Below, one piece after another: positions 9,303-17,681 of a stretch of 56,837 bases of DNA (position 1 is its first letter; every line of letters begins with the position of its first letter). The DNA comes from Patescibacteria group bacterium (lineage in GTDB: Bacteria; Bacillota; Negativicutes; Sporomusales; Sporomusaceae), in contig DATMYQ010000069.1 in the NCBI GenBank assembly GCA_035560935.1, forward strand, positions 1 to 56,837, in the 5' to 3' direction. The translations under genes and the position numbers were made by a program. Under the pieces are notes generated by a model. It had not been told where the DNA came from and made no database searches. It worked only from the letters and a program-made list of their open reading frames with translations.

Positions 9303-10865
9303 CTACTCGTTGCCGCTTTCGTGCACCACCTGCAGTGCATCCCAAACGTTTTTGTTTTCAAAGCCCCGGCGCCAGGAGGCTGCGCCGGCCAGATTGTATT
9401 TGCCCACCAGACCGGCTTTCAGGCGGATTGAGTTCTCATCTTCCACCCAGATGCGGTAGCGGCGGCCGTCACGGTAATATTCCAGATAATACTGGCCGCT
9501 GTCCGGCAGCCAGACCAACGGTGCGTTGATTTCCTTGATCCGGGCTTCGGTATCGGCCATGGTGAATACCCGGGAACGGATTTTGACGCTGTCCACTTCT
9601 TCCCATTCGCGGGTGTAGAAGGGAATACCCATAACCAGCCGGTCCTTGGGAACGTAGTTTAAGGAATTGGCGACACCCCGTTCCACCCAATTCAGGGAAG
9701 CCACGGAACCGCTGCTGGGACCTGCCTGCCAGTGTTCATCGTAGGTCATAATCATCAGATAGTCCAGCGATTCGCTCAGCGCTTTCCAGTCGTAGCAAGT
9801 GCGGCTCTGGCCGATGGGCACGGTGGTGTCCATGGACAATGTGACTTTTTGTTCTTTCAGAGCGTCGGCCAGACGGGCGGTAAAAGCGGTCAGCCGGTCG
9901 CGGTCGGCAGTGTAGACGTTTTCGAAATCAATATTGACGCCGTCCAGATTGTACAGGCTGGCGTAGACTACCAGCTGGCGGATGACATTATCCTGGGCCT
10001 GGCTGTTTTGCAGCAGGTCACGGGTCAGATCCTCGTCGAAGCTGTTGGTGATCAATGCCCAGACCTTGTAGTTTTTATCATGAGCGTCCTGGACATAACG
10101 GGCATCGGCGTTGCTGGTGACGGTGCCGTCGCTGTCGGTGATGGCAAACCAGGTGGGCGATAAGACATTCAGGCCCTTAATCGGTTCTTCTTTTGCCAGA
10201 TCAGGAGAATGCCGGTGGACATAGTCCCAGGCCAGATTAACCCTGCCGGCCAACCGGGCGCTGGTGCGAGGCTGGTTTAACATCGGCGCGGGAGAACCTT
10301 TGGGCAGCGTCAGCGGTTCCAGAATCAGCCGGGAGGTGGTTTTGCCGGTATTATCCTTGCTGTCTTTGTTTTTATCGCTGCCGGCCGGTACGGCAGACTC
10401 GGAAGTAAAACGCAGTCCCAGTAATGTTTCCAGGCCCCAGACGTTTATGTAGTCCCGGTTGTTAATGGTTTTGGTCAGGAAGTTCAGCTGGATGCCCGGT
10501 TGCAGCCATTCACTGGTTTTTGACGTTTCCAGCCGGAAATCCGGCTGAGAAATGTCCAGATAGGCCCGGCCGGATTCGCGGGTGATCCAGAACCGGGATT
10601 CAGGAGATTGTTCTTTGACGAGTTCTACCGGCAGCAGAATCTGGTAACGGCCGGTAATGGCGGTGCCAATGGAAACCAGCTTGCCGTCCGGCTGCCGCAG
10701 CATCAGTTGTTTTTCTGCCGGGACGGCTTCCGTGACGGTACGGGGGGGAACGGCGACCGGCGCCGTGGCTGGTACCGCCGGAAATTTAGCGGGAGCGGCG
10801 TGGATCGACGTTCCGGAAAACAGGAAGAAAATCAAAGTGAACAGCAGGGCAAATTTTTTGTGCAT
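9303..10865 (-). CDS. secreted GH18 family glycosyl hydrolase (YaaH/YdhD-like peptidoglycan/chitin hydrolase)
   Basis: Signal peptide MHKKFALLFTLIFFLFSGTSIHA. GH18 catalytic motif 'LDGVNIDFEN', plus 'MTYDEHW'. Confidence 0.8.
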   Translation of the reverse strand: MHKKFALLFTLIFFLFSGTSIHAAPAKFPAVPATAPVAVPPRTVTEAVPAEKQLMLRQPDGKLVSIGTAITGRYQILLPVELVKEQSPESRFWITRESGRAYLDISQPDFRLETSKTSEWLQPGIQLNFLTKTINNRDYINVWGLETLLGLRFTSESAVPAGSDKNKDSKDNTGKTTSRLILEPLTLPKGSPAPMLNQPRTSARLAGRVNLAWDYVHRHSPDLAKEEPIKGLNVLSPTWFAITDSDGTVTSNADARYVQDAHDKNYKVWALITNSFDEDLTRDLLQNSQAQDNVIRQLVVYASLYNLDGVNIDFENVYTADRDRLTAFTARLADALKEQKVTLSMDTTVPIGQSRTCYDWKALSESLDYLMIMTYDEHWQAGPSSGSVASLNWVERGVANSLNYVPKDRLVMGIPFYTREWEEVDSVKIRSRVFTMADTEARIKEINAPLVWLPDSGQYYLEYYRDGRRYRIWVEDENSIRLKAGLVGKYNLAGAASWRRGFENKNVWDALQVVHESGNE

Positions 10866-10969
10866 GGCAGCTGGGAAACCTCCTTAAAAAATGATACAGT
10901 TAATTCCCGGTGGAAATAAGAAAGGGTTTTATGACGGAATGGCGAATTATTTGACGCAGTGGTGCGTTG

Positions 10970-11305
10970 TTATTGCCACTCCTGCCAAACTTCCGGACGG
11001 TAGCCGACCGTCGCCTGGCGGCCGTTGCGGACAATCGGGGTCAGCAGCAGCGCCGGTGACTCCAACAGCGTTTTTTCCACATCGTGCAGCAGATATTTCA
11101 GGTTGCGTTTTTCATATTCCCGGCCCTGTTTGTCAATTAGGGCGTCATAGCTGCCGACGGCGGCTTTTACACTGGACAGTTCGCCTTTGCTCAGGCCTTT
11201 TTGTGACAGATCAATCAATTGAAACGGGATGCGGCGTTCTTTGAAATATCGTTCGGCTTTTTTTGTGTCCTGGCACTTTTTGGTACCGAAAATCTGGATG
11301 TTCAT
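10970..11305 (-). CDS. ArsC/Spx-family protein (YffB-like)
   Basis: The 111-aa sequence 'MNIQIFGTKKCQDTKKAERYFKERRIPFQLIDL' is the typical ArsC-family N-terminus with a single Cys. Confidence 0.8.
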   Translation of the reverse strand: MNIQIFGTKKCQDTKKAERYFKERRIPFQLIDLSQKGLSKGELSSVKAAVGSYDALIDKQGREYEKRNLKYLLHDVEKTLLESPALLLTPIVRNGRQATVGYRPEVWQEWQ

Positions 11306-11431
11306 GGTGGTGACAAACCTTCTTTCTCCTGCATGGCAAGGAAGGGCAAACTCAGCATTGTCCTTGCCCGCACGGCGGAAAAACAGCGTTTTAACGAATT
11401 CATTATATCAGGAAATATCGAGGTGGGGAAT

Positions 11432-12379
11432 ATGAATATACGACAAAAGGGCGGAGCGCCGGGGATATTTTCACTGGCCATTCATGGTGGTGCCGGTGCG
11501 TTTGCGGCGTTAAAAGATGAAATGGAAATCGCTGCCTACCATCAGGGCCTGGAAATGGCGCTACGGACGGGACGGGACATTCTGGCGTCTGGCGGCAGCG
11601 CCTTGGACGCGGTGGAAGCCGCGGTGCTCAGCATGGAAGACAACCCGCTGTTCAATTGTGGTAAGGGGTCCGTGTTTAACAGTGAGGGGTTTCATGAAAT
11701 GGACGCATCGATTATGGATGGCAATACGCTGGCCTGTGGCGCCGGCGCCGGACTAAAAACCGTCCGTAATCCCATTCGGTTGGCCCGGCGGGTCATGGAG
11801 CATTCGCCCCATGTATTTCTGGCCGGAGCCGGAGCGGAGGAATTTGCCCGGCTACAGGGGCTGGAACTGGTGGCGCCGGATTATTTTTCCGTGGAGAAAC
11901 GCCGGGCGCAATGGCTGGAAGCCCGCCGCAACGACCAGATTCAGGTGGACCATGATTCGCCGGCGGTTCCGGAGAAAATGGGCACCGTGGGCGCGGTGGC
12001 CCGGGATTGTCAGGGCCGGTTAGCGGCGGCCACTTCCACCGGCGGCGTTACCAATAAAAAATTTGGCCGGGTGGGGGATTCGCCGGTGATCGGCGCCGGT
12101 AACTATGCCGACAGCCGGACCTGCGCTGTTTCCTGTACCGGCAAAGGCGAGGAATTTATCCGGATCGCGGCCGCGTTTGATGTCCATGCCCGGATGTGCT
12201 ATCAAGGCGTGTCGTTACAGCAGGCGGCTGAGACCGTCATTCATGACTGTTTAAAAACAGGGGATGGCGGTTTGATCGCGGTAGGTCACGACGGAACGAT
12301 GGCTTTGTCGTTTAATACCCGGGGAATGCTGCGGGGACAGACCGATCATACGGGACTTTTCCGGACGGATATCTTCTGA
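11432..12379 (+). CDS. isoaspartyl peptidase / L-asparaginase (Ntn hydrolase, asparaginase-2 family)
   Basis: ATG at 11432 follows GAGGTGGGG. Contains 'AIHGGAG' and the autoprocessing nucleophile motif 'GTVGAVARD'. The upstream extension from 11219 overlaps the divergent gene. Confidence 0.85.
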   Translation: MNIRQKGGAPGIFSLAIHGGAGAFAALKDEMEIAAYHQGLEMALRTGRDILASGGSALDAVEAAVLSMEDNPLFNCGKGSVFNSEGFHEMDASIMDGNTLACGAGAGLKTVRNPIRLARRVMEHSPHVFLAGAGAEEFARLQGLELVAPDYFSVEKRRAQWLEARRNDQIQVDHDSPAVPEKMGTVGAVARDCQGRLAAATSTGGVTNKKFGRVGDSPVIGAGNYADSRTCAVSCTGKGEEFIRIAAAFDVHARMCYQGVSLQQAAETVIHDCLKTGDGGLIAVGHDGTMALSFNTRGMLRGQTDHTGLFRTDIF

Positions 12380-12625
12380 CGATTATTTAGTAAGTAATCA
12401 AGATAAAAGAAGGAATCCCGAGAAATATCGGCGAAATAGACCTTGTTGACTTCTGCGCAGGAGAAAGTATGCCATTTTATTTATGGAGTAAGATAGATAG
12501 CCTGGCAAGTTCTAAAAGGCCGCGAATGGTAGCTGGAAGGGATAACCGGGTTTATCGCGGGGGGATGGCCGGAAGTGGTTGATACAGCTTGGGCGAATGG
12601 TTTCGGTTTTGGAGGAGGGCGTTTT

Positions 12626-13084
12626 GTGGATATCTTTTTGACCATCGTACAATTGTTTTGGAGTCTGGGGGTTAAGGAAACCTGGATGATCGTGATCCTA
12701 TTTCTGGTTCCCTGGATTTTCATTATTTGGCAGGCCTATTTTTGGATTAATTACTTTGAAACCTATTCGGCCAACAAATTAAAGAATGAATACCAAGAAA
12801 GCCTGAAAATGCTGGCAGATAATCCGCGGAACAAACTGCTGCGGCAACAGGCGCTGATCGCCGGGCGGATGTACTACGGTTCGTTGCGGTCGGATGGCGT
12901 GCCCAATATGTATGACGAGATCACCGTTGACAAACATATCCGGGCGGCAGCCGGAGCGCCCAGCGCCGAGGAGTTTCAAATGCAGCAAAATTCGGCAGGA
13001 TCGAGCCCCTCGTTTCAGTCCGACATGACGGACGCGGAGCTGGTGCAGGGAGCGCTGAGCTATATTCGCAAAACAGAACTTTAA
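12626..13084 (+). CDS. hypothetical membrane protein
   Basis: GTG at 12626 lies 6 nt after GGAGGAGGG. Two N-terminal hydrophobic segments. No family recognised. Confidence 0.5.
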   Translation: MDIFLTIVQLFWSLGVKETWMIVILFLVPWIFIIWQAYFWINYFETYSANKLKNEYQESLKMLADNPRNKLLRQQALIAGRMYYGSLRSDGVPNMYDEITVDKHIRAAAGAPSAEEFQMQQNSAGSSPSFQSDMTDAELVQGALSYIRKTEL

Positions 13085-13128
13085 TATATGATCGCGCACC
13101 TTAACAGCAAGGTGCGCGATCATATATT
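13083..13128. repeat. perfect 20-bp inverted repeat (hairpin, 6-nt loop) without a U-tract
   Basis: AATATATGATCGCGCACCTT aacagc AAGGTGCGCGATCATATATT; it begins inside the stop codon of the preceding CDS. Confidence 0.9.
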
Positions 13129-13184
13129 CTGGATAACCATCACGGTTTGACCGACCGGCACGGCTCGTTTGCTGAAAATAGTCC

Positions 13185-13213
13185 TTGACTTTAATGAGGC
13201 CAATGAATATAAT
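13185..13213 (+). promoter_or_regulatory. consensus sigma-70 promoter for the tRNA pair
   Basis: TTGACT (13185-13190), 17-nt spacer, TATAAT (13208-13213). Confidence 0.8.
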
Positions 13214-13254
13214 ACTAATTGTTGTGACGGCATCTGCCGGTTCGTGACAAATGC

Positions 13255-13331
13255 GGCCCTGTGGTGTAGCGGTCTAACATGCCGCCCTGTCACGGCGGAG
13301 ATCGACGGTTCAAATCCGTTCAGGGTCGCCA
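13255..13331 (+). tRNA. tRNA-Asp (anticodon GTC)
   Basis: Acceptor GGCCCTG/CAGGGTC. Anticodon arm CCGCC-CTGTCAC-GGCGG. T-arm GACGG-TTCAAAT-CCGTT. Encoded CCA. Confidence 0.9.
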
Positions 13332-13369
13332 TTTTATTATTTTTTTCCCGTGAAGAAACGGGCGCTTAC

Positions 13370-13445
<76 letters not shown>

Positions 13446-13457
13446 TTGTTTTCCCCG

Positions 13458-13487
13458 GATCCGCTGACAATGATAGCGGATCTTTTT
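13458..13487 (+). terminator. intrinsic terminator after the tRNAs
   Basis: Stem GATCCGCT/AGCGGATC followed by TTTTT. Confidence 0.75.
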
Positions 13488-13628
13488 GTCTTTCACAACA
13501 GTTGGTTTCGCAGGAAGAAAATTTTTTTCTGCAGAGCAGGAATTTAAGGAGCTGTGTCGAAATTCCTTCAGAGAAAATCTTTGTGAAAGTTATATCAAGA
13601 CGGGATGAATTGGAGGGAGATGGTTACT

Positions 13629-13742
13629 ATGCCTACTTGCGTTATTGGTCACTACTGTAACTGCCGCTACAATGAAGACGGCAAATGCACTGCTCCGGTA
13701 AAACCAACACCCAACGATGAGTGCGAAAATTATCAGGAATAG
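13629..13742 (+). CDS. 37-aa Cys-rich small protein (DUF1540-like pattern)
   Basis: Not in the ORF track because it is under 60 aa. RBS GGAGGGAGA lies 8 nt upstream of the ATG. Sequence MPTCVIGHYCNCRYNEDGKCTAPVKPTPNDECENYQE*. A good terminator follows directly. Confidence 0.5.
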   Translation: MPTCVIGHYCNCRYNEDGKCTAPVKPTPNDECENYQE

Positions 13743-13757
13743 GCGATGACCCTGGCT

Positions 13758-13788
13758 GCTATTGCCCCATTGGGGCGATGGCTTTTTT
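13758..13788 (+). terminator. intrinsic terminator
   Basis: Stem GCTATTGCCCC/GGGGCGATGGC followed by TTTTTT. Confidence 0.75.
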
Positions 13789-14061
13789 CTTTTTTGTATT
13801 TGCGTGCGGTTTCCTACTAAATGTTGGGATAGCCAGTTTTCATGACTGGGAATGGATCAACATTTTTTAATACTATGGAAAACATTGAACCTGTTTTTCT
13901 TCATAGAGAGTGCGGCATTGCAATGCCGCAGGCGGTATGGCCGATAACGGCAGGATAAGTGTTGCGAAGGCGGGAGCCGGAAGGTATGATAAAAGCGTAG
14001 TGCGCGGGTGATCAGGCAACGTAACGCTGGCGGCGCGGCTGCGGACAGGAGGCACTCTAGG

Positions 14062-15702
14062 ATGGCGTTGGAAAAAGAAAATGACGAACCGCGTCAGTGG
14101 CACTGGCGGATACGCCGGGCGGTATGGGTGCTGCCGGTGCTGCTGGTCCTGTTATTACCGGCACAGGCCTGGGCGGCGCTGATCGTTGTTGCCGAGCCGG
14201 GTACGAACCCGGTTCATCAGGCGATGGTGCAAAAAACGGTAAATCATTTTAATTCTATCTTGGGGCAAGACATGGGCGTTACCTTGGAAAAAGATGTCCG
14301 GATTTTCCTTTGTCCCACTCAGGATAGTTATCGACAGACATTGCAAAAGGAACTGGGACAAAATCCGGAAGCGGCAGCAAGAAATGCCAAAGTGACCGGG
14401 GGCTTTTCCAGCGCCCGGAGCCAGGCGGTGGTGCTAAATCTGGACGGAATTGGCTCCGGAGCCGGTCTGCGGACATACAAAACTGCCGCCCATGAATTGT
14501 TTCATCAGTTGCAGAATCAATTGGCCGGTGCCGATAAATCCCGGGGCTACTATTGGCTCAGCGAAGGAAGCGCCGACCTGATTGGGGCGGTGGTTGCGGA
14601 GCGCGTGGGTTACCAGAGCCTGGAGAAATGGAGTCTGGATCAGGTGAACACGCTGCGAAAATCGCCGGCTTACGCCTCACCCCGGGAAATGATGAATATT
14701 TCTCTGGAGCAGTGGACGACGCTGCTGGAAGGCCAAAAGCATCCCTATGAAGTGGCCGATTTGATGGTGCTTTATCTGCTGAAGCAAACCGGCCCCAGCG
14801 GCTACCGCAGCATTGGCGAGTACTATCGGCGGTTGGGACAGGGAATGGATAACGAGCAGGCATTTTTTCAGAGTTTTGGCTTGAGCTCGGTACAAATGGT
14901 CAATGGGTTTCAGGTTTGGCTGAAAAATCTATCAGCGTTACCGGCATCGGTGAGCATGGTGGAATTCGGTCCGGTAAGCCGGGAACAGGTGGAGGATGGA
15001 AAGTTAGCGGTGGCGTTAACGCGTCAGTTTTTGCAGGAGCAATGGGGCCACGATCTGATCAGTTCGCTGCGCCTGATTTTTACCGCCGATAAAAAATCTT
15101 ATGCGGCGGCCATGGTGCGGGAATTTGGTGTCAGTCCCAATGACGCGGCAGTGAATGCCCAGGGGAGCGTCTGGCGATATAGCGGCGGCAGCATGATTTA
15201 TGATTTGGGGTCGTTGCCGACCCGGGCGGAGCGGGTGTTTTCCGTTGCCGATGCGCTACTGAAAAAGTATTTTGGCGATCGGGTACCCACGGCCAGCGGT
15301 GCGTTGGAACGGCTGCCATGGCTGAAACGGGGGTTGGCGGATGCGACAGCGGTGCAAGTGGTTCAACGGAGCGGCGCCCGTACCGCAGTGAGTTACCAGA
15401 GTGCTTGGCTGGCGACGCTGAGCCGGCAGGCGGCGTATCCGGCGCTGGAACAACTGCAGGACGGCGCAGCCTGGGAACAGGCTCAGCGCCAGTACGGCAC
15501 GGTGGCGGTGAACCGGGTTGCCGGCCTGGCCGGTCTGTATTTAATGGAAAAGTATGGACTGGCGGCGGTCAATCAGTGGTGCGACTGGGCCGCAAAAATT
15601 GGGCCGGAGGCGGCGTTTCAGCAGGTTTTTCGCTTGTCGTTGGCGGAGTTTGAAGCAGAATTCTCCCATTATTTATCGACGTATGCAAAGAAGAGTGCCT
15701 GA
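14062..15702 (+). CDS. secreted HExxH (peptidase MA-like) protein with a degenerate second copy of the domain
   Basis: ATG at 14062 follows AGGAGG. TM/signal segment 'AVWVLPVLLVLLLPAQAWA'. 'AAHELFHQLQ' followed by 'YWLSEGSADLIG' resembles the gluzincin HExxH...E pattern. Confidence 0.6.
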   Translation: MALEKENDEPRQWHWRIRRAVWVLPVLLVLLLPAQAWAALIVVAEPGTNPVHQAMVQKTVNHFNSILGQDMGVTLEKDVRIFLCPTQDSYRQTLQKELGQNPEAAARNAKVTGGFSSARSQAVVLNLDGIGSGAGLRTYKTAAHELFHQLQNQLAGADKSRGYYWLSEGSADLIGAVVAERVGYQSLEKWSLDQVNTLRKSPAYASPREMMNISLEQWTTLLEGQKHPYEVADLMVLYLLKQTGPSGYRSIGEYYRRLGQGMDNEQAFFQSFGLSSVQMVNGFQVWLKNLSALPASVSMVEFGPVSREQVEDGKLAVALTRQFLQEQWGHDLISSLRLIFTADKKSYAAAMVREFGVSPNDAAVNAQGSVWRYSGGSMIYDLGSLPTRAERVFSVADALLKKYFGDRVPTASGALERLPWLKRGLADATAVQVVQRSGARTAVSYQSAWLATLSRQAAYPALEQLQDGAAWEQAQRQYGTVAVNRVAGLAGLYLMEKYGLAAVNQWCDWAAKIGPEAAFQQVFRLSLAEFEAEFSHYLSTYAKKSA

Positions 15703-15735
15703 CCGCTCTGGCTAAATCCGTGCAACGTGGAAAAA

Positions 15736-15769
15736 CGATAAAGCCGCAGCGGCCGCTGCGGCTTTATCG
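15736..15769 (-). terminator. perfect palindromic hairpin, terminator-like on the minus strand
   Basis: CGATAAAGCCGCAGCGGCCGCTGCGGCTTTATCG. On the minus strand it is followed by TTTTTCC. Confidence 0.6.
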
Positions 15770-15814
15770 TAACCGGGGTTCCCGGTTGTCTTCTGTTGTA
15801 AAGACAAACGGCGT

Positions 15815-15919
15815 TTACCGAAATTGTCTTTTGGCCAAAAGTCTGCAGGATTGGTAATACAGCATGCCTGTCCAAGCCAGGGCAAGCAAAACGGTACCCA
15901 ATAATTCCTGTCCGCTCAT
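15815..15919 (-). CDS. possible 34-aa hydrophobic small protein
   Basis: Below the ORF-track size cut-off. RBS GGGAGGTG lies 7 nt upstream of the ATG. Sequence MSGQELLGTVLLALAWTGMLYYQSCRLLAKRQFR*. The terminator hairpin lies downstream. Confidence 0.3.
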   Translation of the reverse strand: MSGQELLGTVLLALAWTGMLYYQSCRLLAKRQFR

Positions 15920-16180
15920 TTCCCAGCACCTCCCAATCAAATATGAGGAAGGCGGGCACCCGTTCAGAATGAACTTCCCGGCGCAGCGGTAGCTGTCACC
16001 GGCCTGACATACCCTCCCATAGTACCAGAGAGCGGTTTGCCGGCATCACCGGGAAATGGTTCTCGTTGGTTGGCCGATTGCATACATTATACCATGGGCA
16101 AAAAAAAACACAATAGGTTGGCAGAAAAAACAGATAATGGTGTCGCGTGTGACGCGGTGGTGCAAAAATTCTGCAAACCG

Positions 16181-16209
16181 TTGAAAGTGGGCGACTAACG
16201 ATATATACT
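16181..16209 (+). promoter_or_regulatory. sigma-70-type promoter of the first kor-type operon
   Basis: TTGAAA (16181-16186), 17-nt spacer, TATACT (16204-16209). Confidence 0.65.
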
Positions 16210-16368
16210 GAAAACAGTGTGAATGGTCGGCGTTGCTTGCGGACACTGTTTCTGCATACAATATGAATACACGCAGCATTGGGAAAGTGCGGACAGCATT
16301 TCCCGACACTGAAACAGGGGGTCACTTTAAACGGTGGGAATGACCCTGGACAGAGAGGAGGAAATAAG

Positions 16369-16572
16369 ATGCCGAAAGTTGTTGTGGCTGCGGATCGCTG
16401 CAAAAGCTGCGGTCTGTGTGTGGATGTTTGTCCGAAGACTATTCTGGCTATTGGGGACAAACCAAATTCCAAAGGCTATTACCCGGTAGCGGTGACGGAT
16501 GAGGAAGAATGCCAGGGCTGCGGTCTTTGCGGACTGGTCTGTCCCGATCTGGTGCTGGAAGTGTACAAATAA
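16369..16572 (+). CDS. 2-oxoacid:ferredoxin oxidoreductase delta subunit (2x[4Fe-4S] ferredoxin)
   Basis: ATG at 16369 follows GAGAGGAGG. Two CxxCxxCxxxCP motifs (CKSCGLCVDVCP, CQGCGLCGLVCP). Confidence 0.85.
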   Translation: MPKVVVAADRCKSCGLCVDVCPKTILAIGDKPNSKGYYPVAVTDEEECQGCGLCGLVCPDLVLEVYK

Positions 16573-16607
16573 GCCGAAACCTGTAATAAGGAGAGGAATG
16601 TGACGCG

Positions 16608-17678
16608 ATGACAAAAGTTCTGATGAAAGGGAACGAATTTATTGCGGAAGCCGCAATCCGGGCGGGCTGTAATTTATTCTTCGGATACCCCATTACTCCG
16701 TCCACCGAAGTGGTGGAGTACCTGGCCAAACACTTTCCCAAGGCCGGCGGTACGGTGCTGCAGGCTGAGTGCGAGGTCAGCGCCATCAATATGTGCTGTG
16801 GGGCTGCCGCGGCCGGAAAACGGGTTATGACCGCTTCCTCCGGCCTGGGCATCAGCCTGAAGCAGGAGGGATTATCGCACGCGGCGGCCAATCAGCTGCC
16901 GATTGTGGTGGTTAATATCAGCCGGGCCGGCCCCGGGCTGGGTGGACTGGGAGCCAGCCAGGCCGACTATTTTCAGTCGACCAAAGGCGGCGGCCACGGG
17001 GATTATCGCCTGATTGTACTGGCGCCTTCCCGGGCCCAGGAAATGTACGATATGACTATGGAAGCTTTTGCCCTGGCGGATAAGCACCGTAATCCGGTGA
17101 TGATCCTGGCGGAAGGATTTCTGGGACAGATGATGGAACCGGCCGAGCTCAAGGATCCGGCGCCGGCGGCGCTGCCGGCCAAGGACTGGACCGTGGGCCA
17201 TTCCGCCGGACGCGCCAAACGTTTTATCGCCAGCTATGGTCTGACCAATGAACAATGTGAGGCCAATTGCCTGGTCTGGGAAGAAAAATACCGCAAGATC
17301 CGGGAGACGGAGCAGCGTTGGGAAGAATTTCATACCGAAGACGCCGAGTACCTGCTGGTGGGTTACGGCACCTGCGGCCGTATCGCCAAAAGCGTGGTGC
17401 TGAAAGCGCGGCAGCAGGGGCTGAAAGTGGGTCTGATCCGGCCGATTACCCTCTGGCCGTTTCCCGAAAAAGCTTTTGTTCCGTTCCGCAATAAGCTGAA
17501 AGGCGTGCTGACGGTGGAACTGAGCGCCGGACAGATGGTGGAGGATGTCAATCTGGCGCTGCAGTGCAGCGTGCCGTCTCATTTCTATGGACGTCAGGGC
17601 GGAGTGCTGCCCAGCGATAACGAACTGTTGGGGCAGATGCTGAAGGCGTTTCAGCTGAAGTTGCCGGAGGGAGTGTAA
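16608..17678 (+). CDS. 2-oxoacid:ferredoxin oxidoreductase alpha subunit (KorA/VorA type)
   Basis: Signature 'FFGYPITPSTE', and operon context with delta, beta and gamma subunits. Confidence 0.9.
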   Translation: MTKVLMKGNEFIAEAAIRAGCNLFFGYPITPSTEVVEYLAKHFPKAGGTVLQAECEVSAINMCCGAAAAGKRVMTASSGLGISLKQEGLSHAAANQLPIVVVNISRAGPGLGGLGASQADYFQSTKGGGHGDYRLIVLAPSRAQEMYDMTMEAFALADKHRNPVMILAEGFLGQMMEPAELKDPAPAALPAKDWTVGHSAGRAKRFIASYGLTNEQCEANCLVWEEKYRKIRETEQRWEEFHTEDAEYLLVGYGTCGRIAKSVVLKARQQGLKVGLIRPITLWPFPEKAFVPFRNKLKGVLTVELSAGQMVEDVNLALQCSVPSHFYGRQGGVLPSDNELLGQMLKAFQLKLPEGV

Positions 17679-17681
17679 AGC

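Noticed and set aside
12380-12625. 245-nt GC-rich leader with several possible stems upstream of the hypothetical membrane protein; considered as a riboswitch
   Set aside because: I could not match it to any riboswitch consensus I know (c-di-GMP, c-di-AMP, purine, TPP, SAM, T-box). A covariance-model scan would be needed.
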